A stretch of DNA of 64,000 bases from the NCBI RefSeq assembly GCF_964188315.1, contig NC_135669.1, positions 16,926,001 through 16,990,000 of the forward strand, read 5' to 3'. The notes below the pieces were generated by a model. It did no database searches, was not told the origin of the DNA, and worked only from the letters and a program-made list of their open reading frames with translations. Numbering within the stretch: the stretch's first letter is position 1; every line of letters begins with the position of its first letter. Both the position numbers and the translations under genes were made by a program. Origin of the DNA: Podarcis muralis (lineage: Eukaryota). Below are positions 10,067 through 21,027 of the stretch, piece by piece.

Positions 10067-10485
10067 TGGGGCACATGGAAAACTCATTCCAAGCTGCCTG
10101 TCAACACGGGCAGTGTTTGCAGTTTCGAATACTGCATTGTCAACAGGATTGCAATGAGGCAAAAACACCCTGGCTTCAGCTTGCTCTGCAGATGTCCCAC
10201 AAATCTTTTGTCTTAACAATTGTTTAGAACATAAGAAGAGCCTGTTGCTGGATCAGGCCAATGGCTTGTCTAGTGGAGCATCCTGTTCTCACAGGGCCAA
10301 CCGGATGCCTGTGGGAAACTCACAAGGCAGGATTCAACCAGAAAAGCACTTTCCATTTCTGTGGTTTCCAGCAACTGGTATTCAGAATTACTGCTGTCTC
10401 CGTCTGTGGAGGTAAAACATAGCCATTGTGGGTTGTAGCAATTGACAACTTCCTCTATGAATTTGTCTAATCCTCTTTTAATGTA

Positions 10486-10710
10486 CAGTGGTACCTCGGG
10501 TTAAGTACTTAATTCGTTCCGGAGGTCCGTTCTTAACCTGAAGCACCACTTTAGCTAATGGGGCCTCCTGCTGCCGCCGCGCCACCATTGTGCGATTTCT
10601 GTTCTCAACCTGAAGCAAAGTTCTTAACCTGAAGCACTATTTCTGGGTTAGCAGAGTCTGTAACCTGAAGCGTATGTAACCTGAAGCGTATGTAACCTGA
10701 GGTACCACTG
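10486..10710. mobile_element. Tc1/mariner MITE, family 1
   Basis: CAGTGGTACCTC TIRs and TA TSD. Confidence 0.9.
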
Positions 10711-10782
10711 TATTTTAATATTCTGTTGGAAGCCGCCCAGAGTGTCTGGGGAATCCGAGCCAGATGGGTGGGGTATAAATAA

Positions 10783-10834
<52 letters not shown>

Positions 10835-11364
10835 CATCCAAGTTGGTGGCCATCTTTGCCTCCTGTGGCAGAGAGTTCCACAGTTCTGCATGAAGCACTT
10901 CCTTTTCTCTGCCCTGAATCTTCCAACATTCAGCTATGTCAGATTTCCATGAGTTCCAGTGTTGTGAGAGATGGAGAAGAACTTTTCTTCTTCCACTTTC
11001 TCTACTTTCTCTTATGTTGCATCTTACTCCCCTTTTTTCTAAACTAAAGAATCTGAAATGCTGCAACCATTCCTCATTGGGCAGTCGCTCCATCCCCTTG
11101 ATCATTTTGCTCTCTCCTTTTCCAAACCTTTTTCTACTCTAAAATATTCTTTTTGAGTTGAGGAAACCAGAACTGCACACAACATCCCAAATGTGGTCAC
11201 CCATAGATTTGTATAGCTGCATTATATCAGCAATTTTATGTTAAATTTCTTCCTAACGATCCTTCGCATTGAATTTGTGGGTTTTTTTTACAGCTGCCAC
11301 ACACTGGGTCAACATCTTCGTCAAGCCATCTACTATAACCCCCCAAGATCTTGTTCCTGGCCAG

Positions 11365-11828
11365 ATGAAGGTGATGGATTACATGGAATTGGCGGAAATG
11401 ACTGGCAGGATCCGAGACCAGGGAGAAGAGTCAGTGGAAGAAGACTGGAAGAAATTTAAAGACTATCTACAGAGACATTGTAAAATTAATGAATGTTAGA
11501 ATGAAGTTGGATTGAAATTAAGTGGTTTCTAGCTGTAATGGTATAAAAGAATATGAAAAAATGGTTTTTTATAAGTAAAAATTCAAGGTTATAATAATTT
11601 AAGATTAAAGATCTGGGTAGAATAAAGAGGGAAAGAAATTGCTGAGCTAATAAATTGAATTGGAATAGAAAAAAGGGAGGTCCTAGGAGGTCCGAGAAAC
11701 AAGTAAATGAAAAATAATGTGATGAAAAGATTGATTGTTTTTAACTATTTTTATTTTGTACTTTTTCTTTTTTCTTTTTCTATTTTGTAATGTAAAAATC
11801 TTAATAAAAATTTTATATATATATAAAA
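11365..11828 (+). mobile_element. 5'-truncated L1 inserted in the CR1
   Basis: Encodes VMDYMELAEMTGRIRDQGEESVEEDWKKFKDYL, has an A-rich tail, and is flanked by a ~20-bp TSD AAGATCTTGTTCCTGGCCAG. Confidence 0.82.
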
Positions 11829-12071
11829 AAGATCTTGTTCCTGGCCAGTCACCACTAGTGCATATATGTGCATTTGCCCCACAAACATATATGTGAAATT
11901 AAGAATTTTTTGCTGCAGCATGCATCACTTTACACTTGTTTACATTGAATTGCATTCGCCATTTCACTCGGTTTGGAGAGATCCTTTAGGAGCTCTTCAC
12001 AGTCTCTCTTTCTTTTAACAACCCTGAACAATTTAGTATAATCAGCAAACTTGACCACCTCACTACTCTGA

Positions 12072-12405
12072 GGTCCTGTATACCTGAAGGAGTGTCTCCA
12101 CCCCCATCGTTCAGCCCAGACACTGAGATCCAGCGCCAAGGGCCTTCTGACGGTTCCCTCATTGTGAGAAGTGAGGTTACAGGGAACCAGACAGAGGGCC
12201 TTCTTGGTAGTGGCACCCACCCTGTGGAACACCCTCCCTTCAGATGTGAAGGAAATAAGCAGCTATCCTATCTTTAAAAGACATCTGAAGGCAGCCCTGT
12301 TAAGGGAAGATTTTAATATTTAACACTGTATTGTTTTTTAACACTTGATTGGGAGCCGCCCAGAGTGGCTGGGGAAATTCAGCCAGATGGGCGGGGTATA
12401 AATAA

Positions 12406-12443
<38 letters not shown>

Positions 12444-12460
12444 GTTATTATTATTATTAC
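12072..12460 (+). mobile_element. L2-clade LINE 3' end with (TTA)n tail
   Basis: ORF2 end RAFLVVAPTLWNTLPSDVKEISSYPIFKRHLKAAL. A near-identical copy lies at ~46626-46975 and fragments at ~10716-10830 and ~17945-18170 (-). Confidence 0.75.
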
Positions 12461-14218
12461 TCATCCTGAACCGTAGATCGTTTGTCAACCAGCTTTGTCA
12501 ACCAGACTGTGTCAGCCAAATCACCTCTACTTATATACCTCTTGGCACTTTCTAAGAACTCTAATAGATTCATGAGACAGGACTTGTCCTTGCAGAAGCC
12601 ATGCTGTCTCTGCATCAGTAAGGCTTCTCCTTCTATATGCTTGGGTTTTTTAAAAAAATTGTTAACATTTTGAAGAAATAAAGTGAAATTGGGTCTTTGG
12701 ATCCAATTCCTGCCTGGCGGAACTTGCACTGCACAATGGAGCTCGTGACAGCTTTGCCAGCTTCCCGCTCGAGTCTGGACAGTCTGTTGGCCTGGATCTG
12801 AGATACTTGCCCACTGTGTGCCTGTTGTAGATAGTGGTGAGCTAAATGGCAGCTTCCTATGTTCCTAAGTGACCTAGCCAGGCAATGAGGTGGTTCTTTC
12901 ATCTATCTATTTATCTCTGACCTCCTGTTCCTGCCCCATCACCTTCCAGCTCCCGGAAGGTAACTGTCTGAACCAGGGAGCCTTCAGAATGGGAAAGAGC
13001 TCAAACCCGTACAACAGTTTATTGTCCCTCCTTCGTAATTCCTGAAGAGGGTTTCAGTCTCCCATGTTCCATGCCTTTGGACTTTTGGGGCCATTCCCCC
13101 ACTTCCAGTATTTATCTGCTGATTTTTTGTACTATTGCTTACCCCAGATTTAACCTGAGTCTACCAGTCCTTCTGTCTCTTGTGACTGCATGGTGCAATT
13201 TTGGCTAAGAATAGAAGCGCAGGAAGACTTGAATCAGTATAGATGGTTTTCTTGCAGGTTAAATGGACTCTTGTTCTGCTTCGGGTGCATGCTCTTTTCC
13301 TGGAGCCTGTGGCTTGGCTCGCTTGCCAGAGCCACCTCTTTGTCCTACAGGCAGTTCTTACCTCCTTGTGATTTGCTGTGGTCTGGATTATGGAGGGTGG
13401 TGGGTGGTTGCCTGAGCTCACCAGCAGGGGGCTGAGCTGGCCAGCCTTTTTCTCCTTCCAAAAATTCTGTTAGAGGCCTCCATAGTACTCTGCGTATGAG
13501 GGATGCACTGGAATGAGTGACGGCCATTGGTAAGAATGGGCATCCGGGAAACCTTGAACCATCTTGCATTACACAACGGAACGGTCTTAAGGAATGAATG
13601 AGCTCATCTTTGGACCTCTTGCCTGTTGCCATCCCTGGTTGAGCTCTGCCCCTCCATCCTGCACATCAAATCTGCCTCACCTTGGACTGTGACCCCAAGA
13701 TAACACATTGCAGACAGGCCAGAGAGCAGTGCCATAAAGTGGTTTCTTCTAAAGCAAGAGAGATGCCTGGAAGTCCGAAACCCTTATCCTGCCAGTTACA
13801 GGTTGGCTGTTTTTGCTTGGTGGGGAGGGAGAGGCACTCTGCACACGCTCAGAGGCACAGTCCAGTCTCATATTGCTGTAAGCTCTGCATCCTGTCTCCA
13901 ACAGAGATGGTGCTCTAATGACTCCCTTGGCGAGGGGGAGTGAAGAGAGAGCTCAGCTTCTGTCAGCAAGGAGCTGAAATGACTGATGTGTGATGTGCAA
14001 GGCAGAGACTTTGCCCATTGCCTTTGCTAAGCCAGGAAATGGCCAGGGGTTACACAGCAGAAATGCAGCGCAAGGGAGTTTGGCCCCTGCCTTGCCTCAC
14101 AAGCAGACACTCAAGAAGGAGTCCAAACCCAAGGGGCTTGCTGAGATGGAAGGGGACAGGCTCCAGGAACTCTCAAGCTCTCGGGGTGTCAAATGTGGGG
14201 TGACAACGGCCACATCCA

Positions 14219-14525
14219 GACCATGCATTTAAAGCGCCATGATACCACTTTAAAAAGCCATGGCTTCCCCCAAAGAATTATGGGAGATGTAGTTTGTTGA
14301 GGGTACTGAGAGTTGTATGGAGACCTGTTTCCCTCCCAGAACTACAATTCCCAGAGTTCCCTGGGAAGGGAGATTGGCTGCTAAACCACTGGGAATGGTA
14401 GTCATGGGAAGGAAAAGGGGTCCTCTCACAGCTCTCAGCACCCTTCACAAACTACAGCTCCCATAATGCTTTGGGAGAAGCCACAACTGTTTAAAGTGAT
14501 ATCATGGTGTTTTAAATATATGGTG
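14219..14525. mobile_element. Foldback MITE with long (~80 bp) imperfect TIRs
   Basis: Left ACCATGCATTTAAAG...TGGGAGATGTAGTTTGT pairs with right ACAAACTACAGCTCCCA...TTTAAATATATGGT. Confidence 0.65.
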
Positions 14526-15031
14526 ACCAACTGTCTTGAGAGTGTGATTTCCTGGTTAATGTGAGCACAGGCAGGCAGCCTTCTGTTTTTGTACAGCTCT
14601 GGCTGATGCGTGAGCAGCATTTTTGCTTCCTGCTGCGGCTTATGTATCAATAAAATAAAAAAAAGGAGAATGAAATACCAGAGATTTGGAGAGACATCAA
14701 AGTAACTACTGCCATACACGTGTATTTGTAAATGTGTTTGTGTAGAATGGGGAAGAATTTGGTTCAGTCCATGTTTAAAGGTGAACTACCTAATTTGTGC
14801 CATCCCAAACAATCAGCAAACCACAACATAACCTTCCTTTGAAATTCACGCTCCTTTGAATTTTGCAGCGTGGTTCTCCAGCCGAGTAACGGGTACAAAA
14901 ATGCATACTGGAAGGAAGTGTACATAAAAATGCATAGGTTTATGCAGATAGCAGACAGGGGTGCATTGCATCAGGGGGAAATTCTTACAAAAACATGTCT
15001 AATTTAGGGGGAATCCATGCTAACATAGAGG

Positions 15032-15082
<51 letters not shown>

Positions 15083-15913
15083 GCAAGTTGTTGTTGCTTC
15101 TTTCTCTCAGAAGTCCTTGGTGCTATCAGTTTGTACCCAGAAAACATAGCTGACCTTCCCTGTCACCTGTTACATTCCATGTTAAGACTCTTACAAACTC
15201 CACATCTTTGGGCTTTTCATCGTTCCAGTTTTTTCATCTCCATGCCCCTCCCCTCCTTCATTTTGTTTACTCTCCAGAAAACCAACCACCAAAGTGGGAA
15301 AGCAGCACTCAGGTGAGGGCTGAAGGTGAGTGGGAGAGAGGGGAAACTCCAGGCGCTTCCAATAACAAACAAGAGCAAATAAACTGTTTGGATTAGCAGT
15401 TCTTATCAAGCACATAAGACATTATGTCCCCAAGAAACTTTGTTTAACATCCAGCAGGGGTCCAGGGTGGGGGGAGTTGGCCATTTTCTTACTCTGGGGA
15501 TAAACAATTTTGTTGTTAAACAGAGAATGGCAGCATGCAACAGGGCCTCTTTGGAAGTGGCTTCCAAACCTGGGAATTCTCTGCCCTTGATGTACACCTT
15601 GCCCCAACATTAGGATTTTTCAGAAAACAAAGTTATATCTTTCCCCTTGGGTTTTTGGGGTGGGGGTGGGGTACAAAAAGTGAATTTCCTTGGAAGCTAA
15701 ACAGAGCTTTTTCTCCACCTCTGAAAATTACTACACAGAAGGCGAGCTAGCCTACCCAGTCCTTGGGTAGCTTTGGGTTCAAGTGTGCCTCCAAGCCCTG
15801 CTCCTAACCCAATATGTGCGAGAAATGGTTATGGAAGGGGTGAGAGAGATTTATTTAACCGTCTCAGGGCGGTTCACAGAATAAAATCAAAATATAAAAC
15901 CACAATATATATA

Positions 15914-16154
15914 CAGTGGTACCTCCGGTTAAGAACTTACTTTGTTCTGGAGGTCCGTTCTTAACCTGAAACTGTTCTTAACCTGAAGACCACTTTAGCT
16001 AATGGGGCCTCCTGCTGCCGCCGTGCCGCCGGAGCACGATTTCTGTTTTTTTCCTGAAGCAAAGTTCTTAACCTGAGGTAATACTTCTGGGTTAGCGGAG
16101 TCTGTAATCTGAAGCGTATGTAACCTGAAGCGTATGTAACCCGAGGTACCACCG
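15914..16154. mobile_element. Tc1/mariner MITE, family 1
   Basis: CAGTGGTACCTC...GAGGTACCACCG with TA TSD. Confidence 0.88.
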
Positions 16155-16806
16155 TATATCCCAACCTTTAAATGCTACAGGGATCTAGACAGGGCAGAAT
16201 GTCCATCCCTGAATCATGCTGGAGCCATGCTTGGTAAAGGGTGTAATTAGACTAAAACACTTCGGTCCCTCTCTTCCTTTAAAAAAGAAACTCGGAGGGT
16301 TGGAGGTGGGAGAGCAGGTGGACGGGGCTGTTTTCTATCCAGGCGCAGACCAGACTGAGATGATGCTTTGAGGGAGGGCAGACACGGAACGGGGAAGCTG
16401 CCCACTCAGCCACCCATCATTTTACCCCAATAACACCCCACTCTCCCGGGCCTTCAAGCCACATTCTGTTGGAGTATGCCCACGCCTGATTTTCAGTCAT
16501 GCCACACCCCAAAATCCAAAACCCAAAATCCATCGAGCTTCCAACCCTTTGTCTTTCCTATGTAGTTGCGCTCCATTCCTCCTGACCTCTTCCGTGCGCG
16601 CAATTGCAGTTACTGGTCCTCATGAATTCTTTTGTGCGAGCGTGCACTCCAGCGCTCCCCCCCCCCAAAAAAAAGCGTTGTTTTGCCTTTCTGTCAGAGG
16701 TTGGCGTGGCTGTTTCTGCTAAGAGCTCTGCTTTCCCAGCAGATAAGACGGGGGCGGGGGTGGGGGCTCCCTTGCTGCCATCCAGCCCTCGTCCACGTTT
16801 GCGCTC

Positions 16807-16938
16807 CTGCTAAAGTCCAAAAGCTCGAGGATGTGTCAGCAGCCTGCGTGGAAGCAGGAAGAAGCTGCTCGGAGGGGTATAAATTTGGATGGGCAAAGCA
16901 GGCTGAGCTACCTTGAGGAGACAGCGCAAGGAGAAGAG
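16807..16938 (+). promoter_or_regulatory. APOA4: APOA4 promoter (HNF4-like AAAGTCCA at ~16812-16819, TATAAA at 16878-16883) and non-coding exon 1 ending at 16938
   Basis: TATA is followed ~55 nt later by donor GAG|GTGAGC. The next exon (17559) is preceded by a clear polypyrimidine tract and CAG. Confidence 0.7.
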
Positions 16939-17604
16939 GTGAGCTGAGCTGAGCTGCCTGCAGGGTCCATGCATGAATCTTCTGCTCTTCCATTGACCTG
17001 GAGGGTGCTGATGCTGGGCTGGGAGTCCTGTTTGGTTCAGGATGATGGAGAAGGGGAGGTTTTGTGCTGCTTTGCTTACTGGGAACTTGAAGAGGAGGGC
17101 ACTGCCTTTGTGATCCCCTTATTCCTATCCTAACCTATAGTTAGAAGGGGAAACTTCTGGCCAATTTTAATCTGGTGGTTCTCCCCTCTTCTCTCTCTCC
17201 CCTACCCCCCCAGCTCAGATTCAGGGCTAAGCAGCAAAGCTTCAGCTGCCTAATTCTGCCTTTGCCGACCAAATGTTCTTGGACTATATCTCCCATCAGT
17301 CAATGCAGCCCTGGCTAATGGGAGTTGTAGTCCAGCAACATCTGAAGGGCCCCAGGTTGGTGCTAAGGGTGGTCTAAGGGATGTAGAAAATATGTCTAAG
17401 AGCCATGAGAGATGGGGATGGGGATGGGGAATTGGGACAGGGCTGAGGCAAGAATTTGGAGGGGATGCTGGAACAAGGCTGAGAGTCAGATCAGGGGGCT
17501 GTGTTTATGGGAATGCCGCTGATTTAGTTTTGACCCTTCTTCTTCTTCTTCTTGGCAGATCTGTTCCTTAAACGGCGGTGTCTGCAACCCCCCAGCCGCA
17601 AAAG

Positions 17605-20600
17605 ATGACTCTGAAGGCAGCAGCCTTGATCCTCTGCCTTTTGGCTATCACAGGTAACCCAGAAGGGCTCTGCTGACCCTGATATCTGCACTCACTCTGC
17701 TCCTATTTCCAACTGTTGAATTCTAAATATTGTTCAGTCTTTGTAAATTCTCACTGACCCATTTCTTGTTGCGCTGGCTGGCCAAGGCATAGCTGGAGAA
17801 ATGCTGTATAGCTCAGATCTCGGAATGTACTGAGCGATGCTTGTCTTGCAGCTCAGGTTTAGCAAATCAGTGTGATTAACCTAAAATCTTGTGAGTCGGG
17901 CACAGCAGAATGATTCTTTACTAAAGAGCTTTGCCCAGTTGTTACAATTATTATTATTATTCCCTGCCCATCTGGCTGGGTTGCCCCAGCCATTCTGAGT
18001 GACTTCCAACACATAAAAACATAACAAAACGTCAAACATTAAAAACTTCCCGATACAGGGTTGCCTACAGATGTCTTCTAAAAATTGTGCAGTTCTTTAT
18101 CTCCTTGGCATTTGATGGGAAGGCGTTCCAAAGGGAGGGCACCACTACTGAGAAGGCCCTCTGCCTGGCAATAACATTGTTTGAGAAACCTCAATGAACT
18201 GGCCAGGAGAAAAGCAAACCAAGAGACTGGATTTCAGAGTGGGAGGCAGATCAGGCTGAAACAGGGTGTCTAGTTGAAACGGAAAGGAGTACTGGCAAAT
18301 CTGGGCACCGTAGAAAGAAGCATGTGGCTAGCCTTTCTGAGCTGGGCTGGCTACATACATTAAACCTGGCAGACTTGCTGAGATGCCTCATCTGTTTGAA
18401 GAAGTCTTGGTCCTACCCAGACTTGATGGATATGTGCATGCATTCTTAAAGGGAAGGGTCTGTGTGGTTCTCCCAGTATTCCCAGAAATTATGGGAGTTC
18501 AGCTATGGCTTTGCTTTTTTTTTGATAAATAATTTTTATTAATTTAAAACAAAAACAAAAACACACAGTAATTTCACATCCAATTTTTCACAAAGTATTT
18601 CTTTTCTGGACTTCCTTCAGCTTTTCCTTAAATCATTCGTAGTCATTATTTAATTTACGCATTTCTTAGGTTTGTATTGTCATTATTTGAGCCTTTCTTT
18701 TTCTATTCCCTTTTAACAATACTTCTCACATTTCACAGTGCTTCTTTAAATCCCTCTAGCGTTATCTGTCCCTCACTTATACTTTCCAGACATTCCACAA
18801 ATTTCCCCCAGTTCTCGATGAACTTTTGGTCTCTTAGATCTTAGCTGTGGCTTTGCAGACACGTGGGACATTGGCAAGTGGCAGAGGAGTTGGGATGGGA
18901 GGCTGTGAGTCGGGTCACACACAGCACCAACCTGCTCCCCCCTCATCCTTGCAGGGTCCCAGGCCAAGATCAACGCCGACCAGGTGGCTGACGTGATCTG
19001 GAAGTACTTCACCGATATGGGCCACAATGCCAAGGAGACGGTGGAACAAGTCCAGCAGTCAGAGATCAGCAAGCGGCTCAAGTGAGTAGCTGTTTCCTCT
19101 GGGGCCGGTGGAGGTGGGGAGTGCTCATGATTAAAAAGTGATGTTTTAAATTTAAAATCTAGGTGATTTTTGAGGTCCTTTCAGAGCCCGTGCAATACCT
19201 AAACCAGCAAACACACCAAGAATGAGCAAAATATAAGGCAGGGGTGGGGGTCATGTTTCTGTGGTTATTTTGCCGGGGCGGGGGGTGGAGGATTCTCCGG
19301 GAGATGATAATCTGCTGGATTGGGTGAAGTGCTGCATGCAGGCATTTTACTACACGTGGCTTGCCCTTGTTGTAGGGCAGGGGTGGGGAGTCTCTGTCAC
19401 TGTCTCATGCAGCACCAAAAGACATGCCTCTTTGGGTGCTGTGCTGCCCCACAGATCAGCTGACTGTTGCAGCATCGCAGCCACGCCAGCCAGCCAGATG
19501 GAGATATTAGGTGCCAAACCTGGCAACCAAACATCTCCACCTCCTCTCAAAACGTGCCTAGTGCCCAGCTAATTTTGAACACTGGCTCTTGAGGGCCAGG
19601 TGTATAGGCCTGGGGAGCCATACATTGACCTTCCGGGCCTGAGGCGCCTCACCTTTGGTGTAGGCTTCAAGCTCTGAACTGCTGTCCTCCCTGAACTGGC
19701 TTAGAAGGGACAGGATCAGCCTGGGAACAAACCTCAGGGTTGGGACACAAGCGCAGGGGGGTATCCTGGTGGGAAAGGGCCACGGCTCCTGTGCTGCGTG
19801 GTGCAGCAGTGGAGTTGGATGGGCAACTGTGGCCACCAGGCGCCTGAGGGAAATCCACAGCAGCAGGAACGCTGAAACTCCCAAGCGTTTTGGGAGCCAA
19901 GGAGTGCTTGTCTGTCTGCTCACCTCTCTCCTCCTGCTCCTCCACAGCACCCTCTTCCAGGACAACTTCCAGGCCCTCAACACCTATGCTGGGGAGCTGC
20001 AGAACAAGCTGGTCCCCTTTGCCACAGACATGCACCTTCGGCTGGCAGAAGATTCCGAGAAGCTGAAGCAGCAAATCCAGGAAGAGATGCAGCAGCTCCG
20101 AGCCCGGTTGGCCCCTCACGCTGATGACGTCCATTCAGCAATCAGCAAGAATATTCAGGAGCTGCAGGCCAAGCTGGCCCCTTATGCAGAGGAGCTGAAG
20201 ACCCAGGTGAACCAGAATGCTGGAGAGCTGCGCAGGAAGCTGGAGCCCCTGGCCCAGCAGGTGCAGGCCAAGCTCCAGGAGAACATGGGAAGCCTCCAGA
20301 CCTCTCTGTCTCCCTACGCCGATGAGCTGCAGCAGCAGGTCAACCAGAAGGTGGAGGACATCAAAGGGAGCCTGACGCCCTATGCTGATGAGCTGAAGGC
20401 CAAGGTGGACCAAACCATGGCTGAGCTGCGGAACAGCTTGTCTCCCTACACCCAGGACGCCCAAGAGCAGCTGAACCACCAACTGGAGGGACTGTCTTTC
20501 CAGATGAAGAAGAGCATTGAGGATCTGCAGGCCCAGCTCTTGGAGAGGACCGAGGATCTGCGGCTCAAGCTGAGCCCTCTCGCCCAGGAGCTGAGGGAGA

Positions 20601-20905
20601 AGCTGCAGGGGGACGCGGCTGACCTGCGTGAATCTCTGACGCCCTACATGGAAGGCTTGAACAAAAAGATGGACCAGCAAATCGAGGAGTTCCGCCAGGT
20701 GGTGGGGCCCTATGGAGAGAACTTCAACAGGCTCCTGGTGCAGAAGGTGGAGGAGATGAAGAAGAAGCTGAAGCCTTATGCTGGTGAGACGGAGGATCAC
20801 TTGAGCTTCCTGGAGAAAGATGTGAGGGACAGGTTCAATTCCTTCTTCGACAGCCTTAAGCAGATGGCCAATGAGAAGGCCCCTCTCCCTGCTTTGGAGG
20901 AATAG
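17605..20905 (+). CDS. APOA4: Apolipoprotein A-IV, 377 aa; join(17605..17653,18955..19081,19948..20905)
   Basis: MTLKAAALILCLLAITG|SQAKINADQVADVIWKYF...|NTLFQDNFQALNTYAGELQNKLVPFATDMHLRLAEDSEKLK.... The 49- and 127-nt coding exons match human APOA4, and the last exon holds PYA-type 22-mers. Confidence 0.96.
18525..18845 (-). mobile_element. L1-clade 3' fragment in APOA4 intron 2
   Basis: Reverse complement is similar to the other L1 ends (...QKFIENWGKFVECL); the poly(T) side is at ~18520. Confidence 0.6.
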
Positions 20906-21021
20906 TAGAAGGCACCCTATGTTTCTGACACCACAGCCCCAGCGTGTCTTCTGCTTGAAGCCACCACCGAAACACTACCGAAAACAAGACTCCTGGCAAG
21001 ATTCAGGATGCTGCCACCCAG

Positions 21022-21027
21022 AATAAA
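21022..21027 (+). terminator. APOA4 poly(A) signal (second AATAAA at 21182-21187)
   Basis: AATAAA 117 nt after the stop. Confidence 0.55.

Larger units (their letters stand above)
10226..12660 (-). mobile_element. Decayed CR1 LINE interrupted by a MITE, L1 and L2 pieces
   Basis: - strand peptides QHGFCKDKSCLMNLLEF, FADYTKLFRVV (RT YADD region) and MIKGMERLP...FFSLEKR. The CR1-type 3' end lies near 10226. Confidence 0.8.

Noticed and set aside
9883-12488. ORFs with poly-I, poly-L, poly-N or YIYI runs (also near 25475, 31816 and 46880)
   Set aside because: Translations of (TA)n and (TTA)n microsatellite tails of LINEs.
20135-20800. 221-aa antisense ORF over APOA4 exon 4
   Set aside because: A shadow of the CAG/GAG/CTG-rich sense codons, with no splice or promoter support.
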